Below are positions 48,601 through 56,116 of a DNA stretch of 64,000 nt, one piece after another; the stretch's first letter is position 1, and each line of letters opens with the position of its first letter. The stretch is from the NCBI GenBank assembly GCA_036229005.1, contig JAZAMN010000021.1, positions 1-64,000 on the forward strand, given 5' to 3'. This DNA is from Myxococcota bacterium. Lineage in GTDB: Bacteria > Myxococcota_A > UBA796 > CAJQPC01. The notes below the pieces were generated by a model. It did not search any database and had not been told where the DNA came from. It saw only the letters and a program-made list of their open reading frames with translations. The translations under genes and the position numbers were made by a program.

Positions 48601-49536
48601 ACCCGGAATGGAAACCGAGGGAACTTCAAGCTTGGGGAGGAACTCAGGCGAACTTCCGATGGCCTGGATGGAGTAGTGGTAGGTACCCAGCAGGGGAACA
48701 AGACCAAGCTCGTTCGGTCGCTGGAGAGCATCTCAGATGCGTCGGGTCAACCCAATGCACTCGGAGTGTCGGGTGATGATGTGCTTCCGATGTACAAGCA
48801 TCTCACTCAGCTGGACATCGACCCAGCCAAGCTCACTCAACTGGCTGCGAAGCACGGCCTCTCACCGGATGAGCTTGCAAAGGTCATGCGACAGCGTGGA
48901 GAGGACTTCATGACACGTCTGGCTGGACGCTCCGAGGACGAGATCATCAAGGCGCTGAAGGCCGCGTCTCATGAGATCGATGATGGTGGGCATAGCCTTC
49001 TCAGGCACGGACCTGATCACACCGACCCGGCGCTCAACAAACGGTTGAACCAGGGAATTGCTCCAGACCAGAGCGTGAGGAATGCCCCAGGGGGCTCGAC
49101 GAAGTTCCAGAGCTACGACGACTGGTTGAAGACTCGGGATAGAGCTCTCCAAGAAATCCAGGCTGGGAACAACAACGCAAGTCTTCCAGTCGATCTGTCC
49201 AAACCACCGGGCGTGGATGGCAATCCGACGAATGACTTCATCAAGACGACTATCGAGTACAGCAGCACTGGTTCAACGAAGGGAAGCGGATTCATCGGCG
49301 ACCGGACGGCTAGTCCGATGAAGCAGAACGTCACTCACAACGGAGCGGATCAGATTCGGGTCTGGAATCAGACGAATCCAGTGAAGGATGGTGTTCAGCG
49401 GGTGACGACCGGAATCAAGTGGGACCCGAGCGCTGGTAGGTGGAAGGTCATCCAGCACTTCCCTGAGGCCACTTCGATGAACTTCAACCACATCTCCGGT
49501 TCGTACACGTCCGGAACTCCAAACGTGGTGCTCTGA
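45652..49536 (+). CDS. Large polymorphic-toxin-like protein with a C-terminal putative RNase domain
   Basis: Ala/Glu/Gln-rich N-terminus, coiled coil, GGFLGWV helical region, hydrophobic hairpin, K-rich linker, then a compositionally distinct tip with GGHSLLRHGP...STKF...WKVIQHFP. Start uncertain (TTG 45652 or GTG 45679). Confidence 0.75.
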   Translation: MDRSVGGSGVQGVAARKQEEGSSALEAASTPADHLEQEQTQRLSGAGEVPKVAAAPAQPEDAGDASGAGPYDWMGMGEDGQGGAPPPEAPEPEQEQAEGAEPASLTSLADGGDFVLPEASSPGGLLSSLTGAPASSLLGAYERSRAQAPKLLGAQWEATVQGLPQVPTPTGIAPGAPAPEPQVEGERSAQVKLEAGKGEAPPATADVPAPAPAMARRGTEIGEDQVQGAAAGALAAVRLPSEAVSTRFQSRPKMALGGDSDPGRMAGAKGAMEQEVGGAHRAALGEAGQDFGEGAIAPSEDSEVLQAQVSLAEPQGLDAPEAPVVELPPEMAAQVDGAAGPLLQGQMQAPVLEHQAGEQAFQAEKAAAHEQARADMAAAEQDAVREQLGAREGASAEVQAAKERWREEVDAVQADAQAQATKAHGEQQGAIEKRALQANSEAQAHLDDAEKKAAAHKKEAEAKAAKEKAKADQESGGFLGWVASKAKALVDGLKAAMNTIYDGLRAAVKLVFEAAKKLAEAAIELGRKAIVLLIEGYATLLKGILKVALAAFPKLADAACKRIDQAKAKATELVNKAAATLKSVTSGILDFLATTLDKALGLVQSLYNGAFTLIGMVISGQWKEIVQGLKNLGDSAAQAPPQFEAAAYEEVLGGDMSQPLSPAEMALAGLTPPGAAQGGGGGLDELSGPPWTQDNVGVEQVLSGLELSPELQEQLMTQTGGQGEVEFGQSNDPSRSMESILGLEQGADTAGAGQEVVPDDGLSVSERAGAKWTIMKKGISDWWSKNWPLVLAGGVIGTAAFIAANILSGGAVLAAVPPILSVLGPLFMGLMAVQMGGYVAGYLEKGWAGDTQPAGKSLAKALAVGAIELISYLTFKAGGAALKGAKALAGSAKQLAKGAVSLAKRGVAYVIKQGKVLLKGLSNTGFGKAFKKLGALGKGLLSKTKFKGFRIRVGGGRFRLEGKVNPWVLLADGKVQWLDNSQVTRNGNRGNFKLGEELRRTSDGLDGVVVGTQQGNKTKLVRSLESISDASGQPNALGVSGDDVLPMYKHLTQLDIDPAKLTQLAAKHGLSPDELAKVMRQRGEDFMTRLAGRSEDEIIKALKAASHEIDDGGHSLLRHGPDHTDPALNKRLNQGIAPDQSVRNAPGGSTKFQSYDDWLKTRDRALQEIQAGNNNASLPVDLSKPPGVDGNPTNDFIKTTIEYSSTGSTKGSGFIGDRTASPMKQNVTHNGADQIRVWNQTNPVKDGVQRVTTGIKWDPSAGRWKVIQHFPEATSMNFNHISGSYTSGTPNVVL

Positions 49537-50219
49537 TGACGTCGATTCCCGTTGCCATTGGCCTCCTCATTGGTCATGTTGACACGCTGTTTTCCCGGCT
49601 TGATCATGAGCTCGACGAGGACCCCTTTCCGAATCATCGGACATCAGCGTTGTGGGCAGGGGAGTGGGACGCCCTGCGCTTGGGCATCGAGAAGGTCTTG
49701 GCGACCCCATCTTTCGACGCCGCTCGTTTGGCACCCCATTGCGAGTGGGAGCATGATGACGAGGAGGTGCGGGAGGTCCTGGAGGCGTTTCGCCGGCGCT
49801 TCTGGGAGCCGTTGAACCCAGCGTTGGTGGCGCGCGTGGTCCTGACGGACGAGACCATGAATCAGTGGCGTCAGCGACAACGAGACGGGCAGGCTTGGCC
49901 AGACGCGGCTCGCGACGCGCTGATGCAGCAGCTCTCGACACAGCTTCAGACTGGGGGCTCCTTGGATCCAAGCGGGCTGGAAGGCTCGGATTCCGAGGAA
50001 GCGTGTGTGGCGTCTCTTGTCGACCTCCTGCGGTTCGAGCTTGGGGAGGCTGCCCGGAGGGACGCGGCCGATGTGCTGGAGCTGATGACTCGCGATCGAC
50101 TGAGTCCAGTGGTGGAGGAGCTGAGTCGACGCAGCGGGTTCGACTGGCAGACTGACGGGAGATGGGGCGCCCTTGCGGCGCTCCTCCAGAAGGTCGAAGA
50201 CAGGCTGCGAGATGGGTGA
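49536..50219 (+). CDS. Probable cognate immunity protein
   Basis: TGATG-coupled to the toxin stop; acidic and helical; same atypical codon use as the toxin tip. Confidence 0.65.
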   Translation: MTSIPVAIGLLIGHVDTLFSRLDHELDEDPFPNHRTSALWAGEWDALRLGIEKVLATPSFDAARLAPHCEWEHDDEEVREVLEAFRRRFWEPLNPALVARVVLTDETMNQWRQRQRDGQAWPDAARDALMQQLSTQLQTGGSLDPSGLEGSDSEEACVASLVDLLRFELGEAARRDAADVLELMTRDRLSPVVEELSRRSGFDWQTDGRWGALAALLQKVEDRLRDG

Positions 50220-50276
50220 AGACCGCCTGCGGATGTCTGAGTGTCGGCAGAGAAACCACCTTCTTCCCTGGGTCCC

Positions 50277-50591
50277 ATGAACGTCCCAATCCGCCATCTC
50301 ATGGAAGAAGACGTCGGCACTTGGTACTACAAGCTGTCCCTGCCCCAGGAGCCAGGGTGGGTTTGGCTGGGGCCCGTGCTCAAGGGTCTGTTGGGGGCCC
50401 TGGGGGAGTTTGCGGAGCTGGACGTGCTGTGGCTCTGCGACGACTCAGGCGAGAACAACCGCCGGCTGGAGGGCTTCTTGCGGCGCTTGGAGCAGGTCTC
50501 GGCGCTGGAGTTTGACTACGCCGAGTCTCTCGTTGGGTTCAAGGACCAGATCCACAGAACCGGCTTCCACCCCAGGGCGGCCGAGACCTGA
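50277..50591 (+). CDS. Orphan immunity-like protein; internally shortened paralog of 50591-51178
   Basis: Shares N-terminal (LMEEDVGTWYY vs LVEDSCGNWVY) and C-terminal (ENNRRL...LEFDYAES..GFKD.IHR.GFHP.A.ET) similarity but is about 90 aa shorter. Confidence 0.6.
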   Translation: MNVPIRHLMEEDVGTWYYKLSLPQEPGWVWLGPVLKGLLGALGEFAELDVLWLCDDSGENNRRLEGFLRRLEQVSALEFDYAESLVGFKDQIHRTGFHPRAAET

Positions 50592-51180
50592 TGCCCGTGT
50601 TGATCGGAAGCGGTGGTCTGGTTGAGGACAGCTGCGGCAATTGGGTGTATCGCCCCTCGGCAGACCTGACTGACTGGTCCAAGCGAGGTCACTGGTTGGC
50701 GGAGAAGGCGCTGGCCTTCCTCCCGCTCTTCAACGGCTTCGCTCGTGTCTCGGCCTTGGAGATCGGCAACCGGGGTCCGGTCGAGCCAGCGCTCAGCTTT
50801 GTACCTGGACAGACCTGGGGTGTTGTGCACTCCCTCTTGCGGAGCGACTCCAAGGTCCATGACCTGACCTTCTGGCTCGCCTTGAAGGTGGTAGATGGCG
50901 CGGCCCAGGAGACCGAGGTGGAGGGCTCGTGGTTTCAGATCGTCGTTTATGAGTCGCCCTTCGAGGTGGATGTGTCCCTGGTGCTCCACTGCAACGCCTA
51001 CGCAGGGCGGGGAGCGCTGCTTCCGGCTGACGTGGTCAAGGAGAACAACCGTCGGCTCACGGCCTTCTTGGAGCGCGTGGAGCAGGTCCCGGGGCTGGAG
51101 TTTGACTACGCCGAGTCCGCCGGCTTCAAGGACCGGATCCACAGATACGGCTTCCACCCCAAGGCTCCCGAGACCTGATG
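50451..51180 (+). repeat. Imperfect direct repeat of about 140 bp (50451-50593 and 51041-51180)
   Basis: Both copies begin GAGAACAACCG, contain CTGGAGTTTGACTACGCCGAGTC and end CCGAGACCTGATG. Confidence 0.9.
50591..51178 (+). CDS. Orphan immunity-like hypothetical protein
   Basis: TGATG-coupled on both sides; lies in the gene array downstream of the toxin. Confidence 0.65.
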   Translation: MPVLIGSGGLVEDSCGNWVYRPSADLTDWSKRGHWLAEKALAFLPLFNGFARVSALEIGNRGPVEPALSFVPGQTWGVVHSLLRSDSKVHDLTFWLALKVVDGAAQETEVEGSWFQIVVYESPFEVDVSLVLHCNAYAGRGALLPADVVKENNRRLTAFLERVEQVPGLEFDYAESAGFKDRIHRYGFHPKAPET

Positions 51181-52401
51181 GCTCGGACTCTCCAGAGTAG
51201 GCGCATGACCGCCTACGCCGGCCCCTTGGTCCCGCTCCCCCGGGAACGGGCGGTGCCAGGCCCCTTCGCTGCGCCCCAGCGCACCTGGCGCGGACGGTGC
51301 CTCCCGGCCCCTGGTCAGTCGAGCGATACGGAGTGGGAGACCCTTGAGTCGGCGCTCGCCAGCGCTGCAGCCAGTGGCTCGGTCCTCTTCCTCCTGGGCC
51401 ACCGCGGGGTGATGCTGCAGGAGCTGGGGAGACTCCTGGACCAACACGGTCCGGGACGCGCCAGCCTTCGGCCTGGGGTCCACCGGAAGCTGCCTTGGAT
51501 CAAAGCGGGCGGATTCTGGGTGGACGTGGAGGTACGCGACCCCGAGCGTGCGCTGACGCTCCTTCTGGCCGGTGGGCAGCTCGCGCTGGGGAGGGACTCG
51601 GACGCCCTGCGGGAGCTGCTTCGCGACCGACGGCCCGACCTGGAGGCGCTCCACGCCGCCTTGCAGGGAGCCTGGCTGCTGTCGTGGCACCAAGGCTTGT
51701 GCATCGAGTCCGCGGAGCCTCTCGAATCCAGCCGGAACCTCCCGCTGGAGGCCTGGTTTCGCGATCCTGCCAACAGGCGGATCGAGCGAGAGGGGGGCTG
51801 GGTCGTCTTGGATGAAGGACCGCTTCCTGGCTTGGAGCGTGGGTTGCGCGTCAAGTTGCGCGGACGACGTTGGTTGGACGAGGAGGGCCTCGCATTCTTG
51901 GCGCCCTCGGCTCTTTGGTGCCAGCAGCCGGCCCCTTCCCGCGCCCTGCCTTCAGTTCAGGAGCTGGACTTCCTGGGCGAGGTGGATCTCCAGCTCTTCC
52001 CGAATCTCCGGGTGCTCAGGGGAGGGCCCTTCCGCGCCGCCCAGGTCTCGCGCCTGCCCCTGCTCGAGGACCTGGAGGGCAGCCTGGACACCGACGACTA
52101 CCGCGCGCTCCTGGGACCGCCGCTTCGGCGCCTCTCGGCGCCCACTCCCCGTGACCTGGAGTGGGTCGCGGAGTGCCCCACTCTGCGCTGCCTGCTCGTT
52201 CCCGACCACCCCGTGGCGCTGAATCCGCTGCGGGGGACGCCCTTGGAAGAGGTGGGGATTCATGCGGAGGGGCTCAGTGAGCAAGCGTTGGTCTCCGTGT
52301 TCTCGGAGCTGCCCCAGCTTCGGATGTTGTGGCTGCGAAACCCCACGCAGGATCTGGACAGGCTCTCTGCTGCCCTGGGCGTATGCGTGCGAGAGGGATG
52401 A
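51178..52401 (+). CDS. Hypothetical protein with a C-terminal leucine-rich-repeat-like region
   Basis: LQLFPNLRVL, LPLLEDL, CPTLRCLLV, LPQLRMLWL; start uncertain. Confidence 0.55.
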   Translation: MARTLQSRRMTAYAGPLVPLPRERAVPGPFAAPQRTWRGRCLPAPGQSSDTEWETLESALASAAASGSVLFLLGHRGVMLQELGRLLDQHGPGRASLRPGVHRKLPWIKAGGFWVDVEVRDPERALTLLLAGGQLALGRDSDALRELLRDRRPDLEALHAALQGAWLLSWHQGLCIESAEPLESSRNLPLEAWFRDPANRRIEREGGWVVLDEGPLPGLERGLRVKLRGRRWLDEEGLAFLAPSALWCQQPAPSRALPSVQELDFLGEVDLQLFPNLRVLRGGPFRAAQVSRLPLLEDLEGSLDTDDYRALLGPPLRRLSAPTPRDLEWVAECPTLRCLLVPDHPVALNPLRGTPLEEVGIHAEGLSEQALVSVFSELPQLRMLWLRNPTQDLDRLSAALGVCVREG

Positions 52402-52407
52402 CCGGCG

Positions 52408-52767
52408 ATGCTTGAACGAGATGGGCGAGAGGCAGGTGTGCGGACGGAGCTCGAGACGGCGGTGTTCTCCGTGATCTGGCTGGAGTACGAAGCGGACTCC
52501 CTCCCCCAGGGAGGGGGCCTGCTAGGTGGTCGCGAACTCCGAGCGGAGGGGGAGAGACTCGCTGGCTTCATCCGCTCGAGTGTGGGGAGTGAGCGGTGCG
52601 GAGACGCCGCGCTGTTCCTGCTGTGGCTCGCAGATGAGGAGTTTGGGCCCTGGATGATGGACTTGGTCCGACGCACTCGCTTTGACTGGAGGGAGGATGC
52701 AGAGTGGCTGGCGGAGTTGGTATTGGTTCTGAGGGCCACAGCGGCTGCACTGCGGGGGATGGCCTGA
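52408..52767 (+). CDS. Orphan immunity-like protein resembling the C-terminal half of 49536-50219
   Basis: DAA.FL.WLA.....P.M.DL.RRTRFDWRED.EW versus DAA.VL.LMT.....P.V.EL.RRSGFDWQTD.RW. Confidence 0.6.
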   Translation: MLERDGREAGVRTELETAVFSVIWLEYEADSLPQGGGLLGGRELRAEGERLAGFIRSSVGSERCGDAALFLLWLADEEFGPWMMDLVRRTRFDWREDAEWLAELVLVLRATAAALRGMA

Positions 52768-52777
52768 CAAGCTTCGG

Positions 52778-52810
52778 GTCTCTGGTCTGGAGTTCGACCA
52801 CGCCGAGTCG
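52778..52810 (+). pseudogene. Relic third copy of the LEFDYAES immunity-like gene family
   Basis: GTCTCTGGTCTGGAGTTCGACCACGCCGAGTCG encodes VSGLEFDHAES; no start codon after the upstream gene. Confidence 0.6.
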
Positions 52811-52888
52811 AACGTGGACCATGGAGCACTCAGACAGCAAAGGGGACGGCGCAGATGTCGGCTGGCAAGGTCTTGATGTGAGGCGTGC

Positions 52889-53452
52889 ATGAATGAATGG
52901 AAGGATCTCTCCCGAGGTGCCCTGCTGGCCGGTCTGGCAGCCCTCGTTGAGGGCGTGGCCCGGCCGCTGCCTGAGTCACCGGTGCGGGCGGCTGCGCTGG
53001 CGGCGGTCGAGGCAGTCTGGGGGTGGCTGGACGCCCCGGAGCGCCCCGAGACCGAGGCTCCGACGCTCGCTCAGGCCCAAGCAATGGCGTCCTCCCGGCT
53101 CTACCGCGCGCACGTCCCAGGACTGCTGTCGCTGACCTCCACGGTCGCCCGGAGCTCCCGGGAGTACGCTGCGATCGGCGCGACGTACCAGATCCTGTGC
53201 TTCGTGGTGTTACAGATCGACGCGGCAGAGGGGGCGTGGTGCCCGGGCAAGCCCAACGTGTTGCCCTCGGATGTCGTCGAGGCCAACTGGGACTCCCTCG
53301 AGGAGGGCCTCTCCTGGTGTCGGAAGGCCGCGGTGGACCCGGCGACCGAGCGGGTGCGTCAGCAGGAGCTGGTCCAGGCGCTCGCCGCCGACTTCCCGAA
53401 CGCGCGGCAGCCCCTCGGGGCGGTCCCGAGGCGTGCTGACCTGGCCCTCTGA
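52889..53452 (+). CDS. Orphan immunity-like protein (possibly Imm6-like)
   Basis: Helical protein with AL.AVEAVWGWL and LPSDVVEA; GAGG RBS; last gene of the array. Family call is tentative. Confidence 0.5.
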   Translation: MNEWKDLSRGALLAGLAALVEGVARPLPESPVRAAALAAVEAVWGWLDAPERPETEAPTLAQAQAMASSRLYRAHVPGLLSLTSTVARSSREYAAIGATYQILCFVVLQIDAAEGAWCPGKPNVLPSDVVEANWDSLEEGLSWCRKAAVDPATERVRQQELVQALAADFPNARQPLGAVPRRADLAL

Positions 53453-53456
53453 GCCC

Positions 53457-55652
53457 TCAAGCCACCAGTCGGGCGCGGGCCGCCTGGGCGTGGGGCAGCC
53501 ACAGCTTCCAGTGGCTGCCTTCGCCCGGCTCGGAGCGCACCGAGATGGCGCCGCCCAGGGCCTTGACCTCGTCCAGGACCGCGGCCATCCCGACGCCGCG
53601 GCCGCTGGTCTCGGAGACCTGCTCGCGGCTGCTCAGGCCGTCGGCGAACAGCGCGGCGAAATGGTCCAGAGGGGTATCGGCGGGGAGCCCGGCCTGGGCG
53701 GCCCGCTGGGCGATGCGCTCCCAGGCGATGCCGGAGCCGTCGTCCTGGATCTCCAGGCACAGGCCCTGCTGGGGGACGGTCCCCAACACCAGCGCCTCGG
53801 AGGGGGCGCCCCGGTAGGGGCTCAGGCGCATGCGCAGGGTGCCCTGGGCGGGCTTGCCGGCCTGGGCGCGGCCCTCGGCGTCCTCCAGGCCGTGGTCCAC
53901 CGCGTTGCGTACCAGGTGCACCAGGCTGGACCACAGCTCGCTGTAGGTCTCCCGGTCCAGGCGGAAGCCACCCGCGTTGACCTCGACGGTGGGCAGAGGC
54001 TTCCCGAGCTTCCGCGCCAGCTCGCTGGCGCTGCGTCCCAGGTGGTCCAGGCGGTTGACCACGCGCTCCCCAGAGAGCCGCTCCAGCTCCTCCTCCACCC
54101 GGGCAGAGGAGACCCCGCTGCGGAGGAGGTGGCGCAGGCCCTGCAGCTCCTGGGCGTCGATGACCAGGCCGCCCGCGCTGTGTTCGCCGGCCAGGGTGCG
54201 CACCTCGGTGGTGAAGGCGCTCCAGTCCGCGGCGAGCTGGTCCAGGGTCTGCTCGCTGACGGGCTCGCCGTCGATGTACTGCTGCTCCAGGGCGTGGCAG
54301 CGGGTGGCCCAGCGCTCCAGGCCGTAGATGCCGGCGTTGCCCTTGAGGGTGTGGAGCTGCCGCTGGGTGACCGCGTCGTCGCCGGAGTCCGCGCGCAGGG
54401 ACGCGACGATCCCGCTGGCCTCGTCCAGGAAGGAGGAGAAGGCCTCCCGGTCGCGCATCAGGTGCTGGAACACCGCCAGGCGCTCGCGCTGTACGGACTC
54501 CTTTCGCCTCTGCTCCACCTCCGAGGTCACGTCGGTGATGACCGCCAACATGCCCTGGAGCTGCTCGCCGTCCAGCAGGGGCTTGAAGCTGAGGGTGAAG
54601 TGGGCGTCGTCGAGCTGGAGCTCCTGGGGGAGCTGCTCGATGGCCATCTCCAGGGGGAGGAAGCCGTCGGTCAGGGACTCCCAGCACAGGCTGAACCACT
54701 CGCCGGCCTTGGGATCCAGGCGGCTCAGGCGCCCGCCCAGGGTCTCGCCCTCGGTGGGCTGCCCCAGCATGGCGTCGAAGGCGGCGGAGCGCTCCTCGGC
54801 CAGCACGCCCTCGGGACTCAGGCTCACCAGCCCCTGGTCGACGTTGTCGAGCACAAGGCGCATCGCGGCGTTGCGCTGGTCCAGGTCGCGGGTGCGCTGT
54901 CGGACGCGCTCCTCCAGCTTCTCCTGGTGGGCGACCAGCTCGGCGTCGCGCTCCTGGATGCCCTCCAGCATGGCGTTGAAGGTGCCGGCCAGCTCGCCGA
55001 ACTCGTCCTGGTTCTCCAGGACCACGCGCACGCTGTAGTCGCCCTCCTCGCTGACCTTGTGGGCGCCCTGCACCAGGCGGTCGATGGGCCCGGTGATCAG
55101 GCGCTGCACGAGCACCGCCAGCAGGGTCACCAGCAGCGAGGTCACGATCAGCACCTTGAGGGCGATCCCGGCCATGTCCTCGGAGCGGGCCTGCAGGTCG
55201 GTGGTGGAGAGCTGGATGACCAGGTCACCGACCTGACCTCCCTGACCCTTCACGGGGGCGTGGATGGTGAGCACGCCGTCGTGGTAGCCCTGGATGGGGT
55301 CCAGGGTCTCGGGGGCCGCGCTGCCCTCCTCGGGCCAGGCGGCGAGCAGGGTGCCGTCGGTCTTCTCGTCCTTGGGGGTGTGCAGGTAGATGCCGGCCCA
55401 CTGGGCGGTGGGCTCAGCGGAGAGCGTGTCGAGCACGTAGATGGCGGACTTTGTGTCCTGGAAAGCCGTGGGGCCCGCGGCCGCGCCGGCGATGGCCGCG
55501 CCGAGCACGTCCATCGTCTGGTGCTTGGCCTGCGCGGAGCTCTGGCTGTCGTAGCGGATGAACGCCACGCAGACCGCGCCGATGGACAGGGTCGAGACGC
55601 CCACCAGCAGGGCGAGCATCTTGCTGCGGACCTTGAGCTTTCCCAGGAACAT
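53457..55652 (-). CDS. Membrane-bound CheA-like kinase (2 TM sensor - HAMP - PAS-like - Hpt - HATPase), no CheW domain
   Basis: DEFGELAGTFNAML (HAMP), LVLDNVDQG, LHTLKGNA (Hpt), HLVRNAVDHGLE, DDGSG, F.DGLSS, SGRGVGM. Confidence 0.88.
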   Translation of the reverse strand: MFLGKLKVRSKMLALLVGVSTLSIGAVCVAFIRYDSQSSAQAKHQTMDVLGAAIAGAAAGPTAFQDTKSAIYVLDTLSAEPTAQWAGIYLHTPKDEKTDGTLLAAWPEEGSAAPETLDPIQGYHDGVLTIHAPVKGQGGQVGDLVIQLSTTDLQARSEDMAGIALKVLIVTSLLVTLLAVLVQRLITGPIDRLVQGAHKVSEEGDYSVRVVLENQDEFGELAGTFNAMLEGIQERDAELVAHQEKLEERVRQRTRDLDQRNAAMRLVLDNVDQGLVSLSPEGVLAEERSAAFDAMLGQPTEGETLGGRLSRLDPKAGEWFSLCWESLTDGFLPLEMAIEQLPQELQLDDAHFTLSFKPLLDGEQLQGMLAVITDVTSEVEQRRKESVQRERLAVFQHLMRDREAFSSFLDEASGIVASLRADSGDDAVTQRQLHTLKGNAGIYGLERWATRCHALEQQYIDGEPVSEQTLDQLAADWSAFTTEVRTLAGEHSAGGLVIDAQELQGLRHLLRSGVSSARVEEELERLSGERVVNRLDHLGRSASELARKLGKPLPTVEVNAGGFRLDRETYSELWSSLVHLVRNAVDHGLEDAEGRAQAGKPAQGTLRMRLSPYRGAPSEALVLGTVPQQGLCLEIQDDGSGIAWERIAQRAAQAGLPADTPLDHFAALFADGLSSREQVSETSGRGVGMAAVLDEVKALGGAISVRSEPGEGSHWKLWLPHAQAARARLVA

Positions 55653-56108
55653 CAGTTGATCTCCAGCACGCGGATGCCGTCGTTCTCGATCTTCCAGGCC
55701 TCACTGGCCAACATGAAACCGATGGCGCCGGGCTGGGACTGGACCATGTTGGCGACCTGGTCCGCGCTGCTGGCCGAGGCCGGGGCCACACCCTGGCCCG
55801 AGGAGCTGCTTGGCGGACCAGTGGCTGTCGTAGCGCTGGCTGCTCATGCCCACGACGTCGTAGAAGGCCGAGCTCGCGCCGGAGCCGTCGTCGCGCACCA
55901 CGAGCTGCACCGGGACCACGCCGTTCCAGAAGGCGGTGTTGCCCAGGTAGAGGCTCTTGACCTCGCCCTTGGACAGGGTCTGTGTGGGGTTGTGGGCGTT
56001 CAGCACGACCACGAGGTCGTCGCCGCCGGTGGCGTTCGCCAGGGGGGCCGCGGTCAGCAGCCCCAGACCCAGGACGGTGAGAGAGAGCGTGTTCTTGAAT
56101 CCGGTCAT
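55652..56108 (-). pseudogene. Small periplasmic binding protein (PBP2-like) interrupted by one extra base
   Basis: Removing one base at 55802/55803 gives ...HWSAKQLSGQGVAP...VQSQPGAIGFM...IRVLEIN*, whose TGA overlaps the kinase ATG (TGATG). Could be a sequencing error. Confidence 0.85.
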
Positions 56109-56116
56109 CGTCTTCC

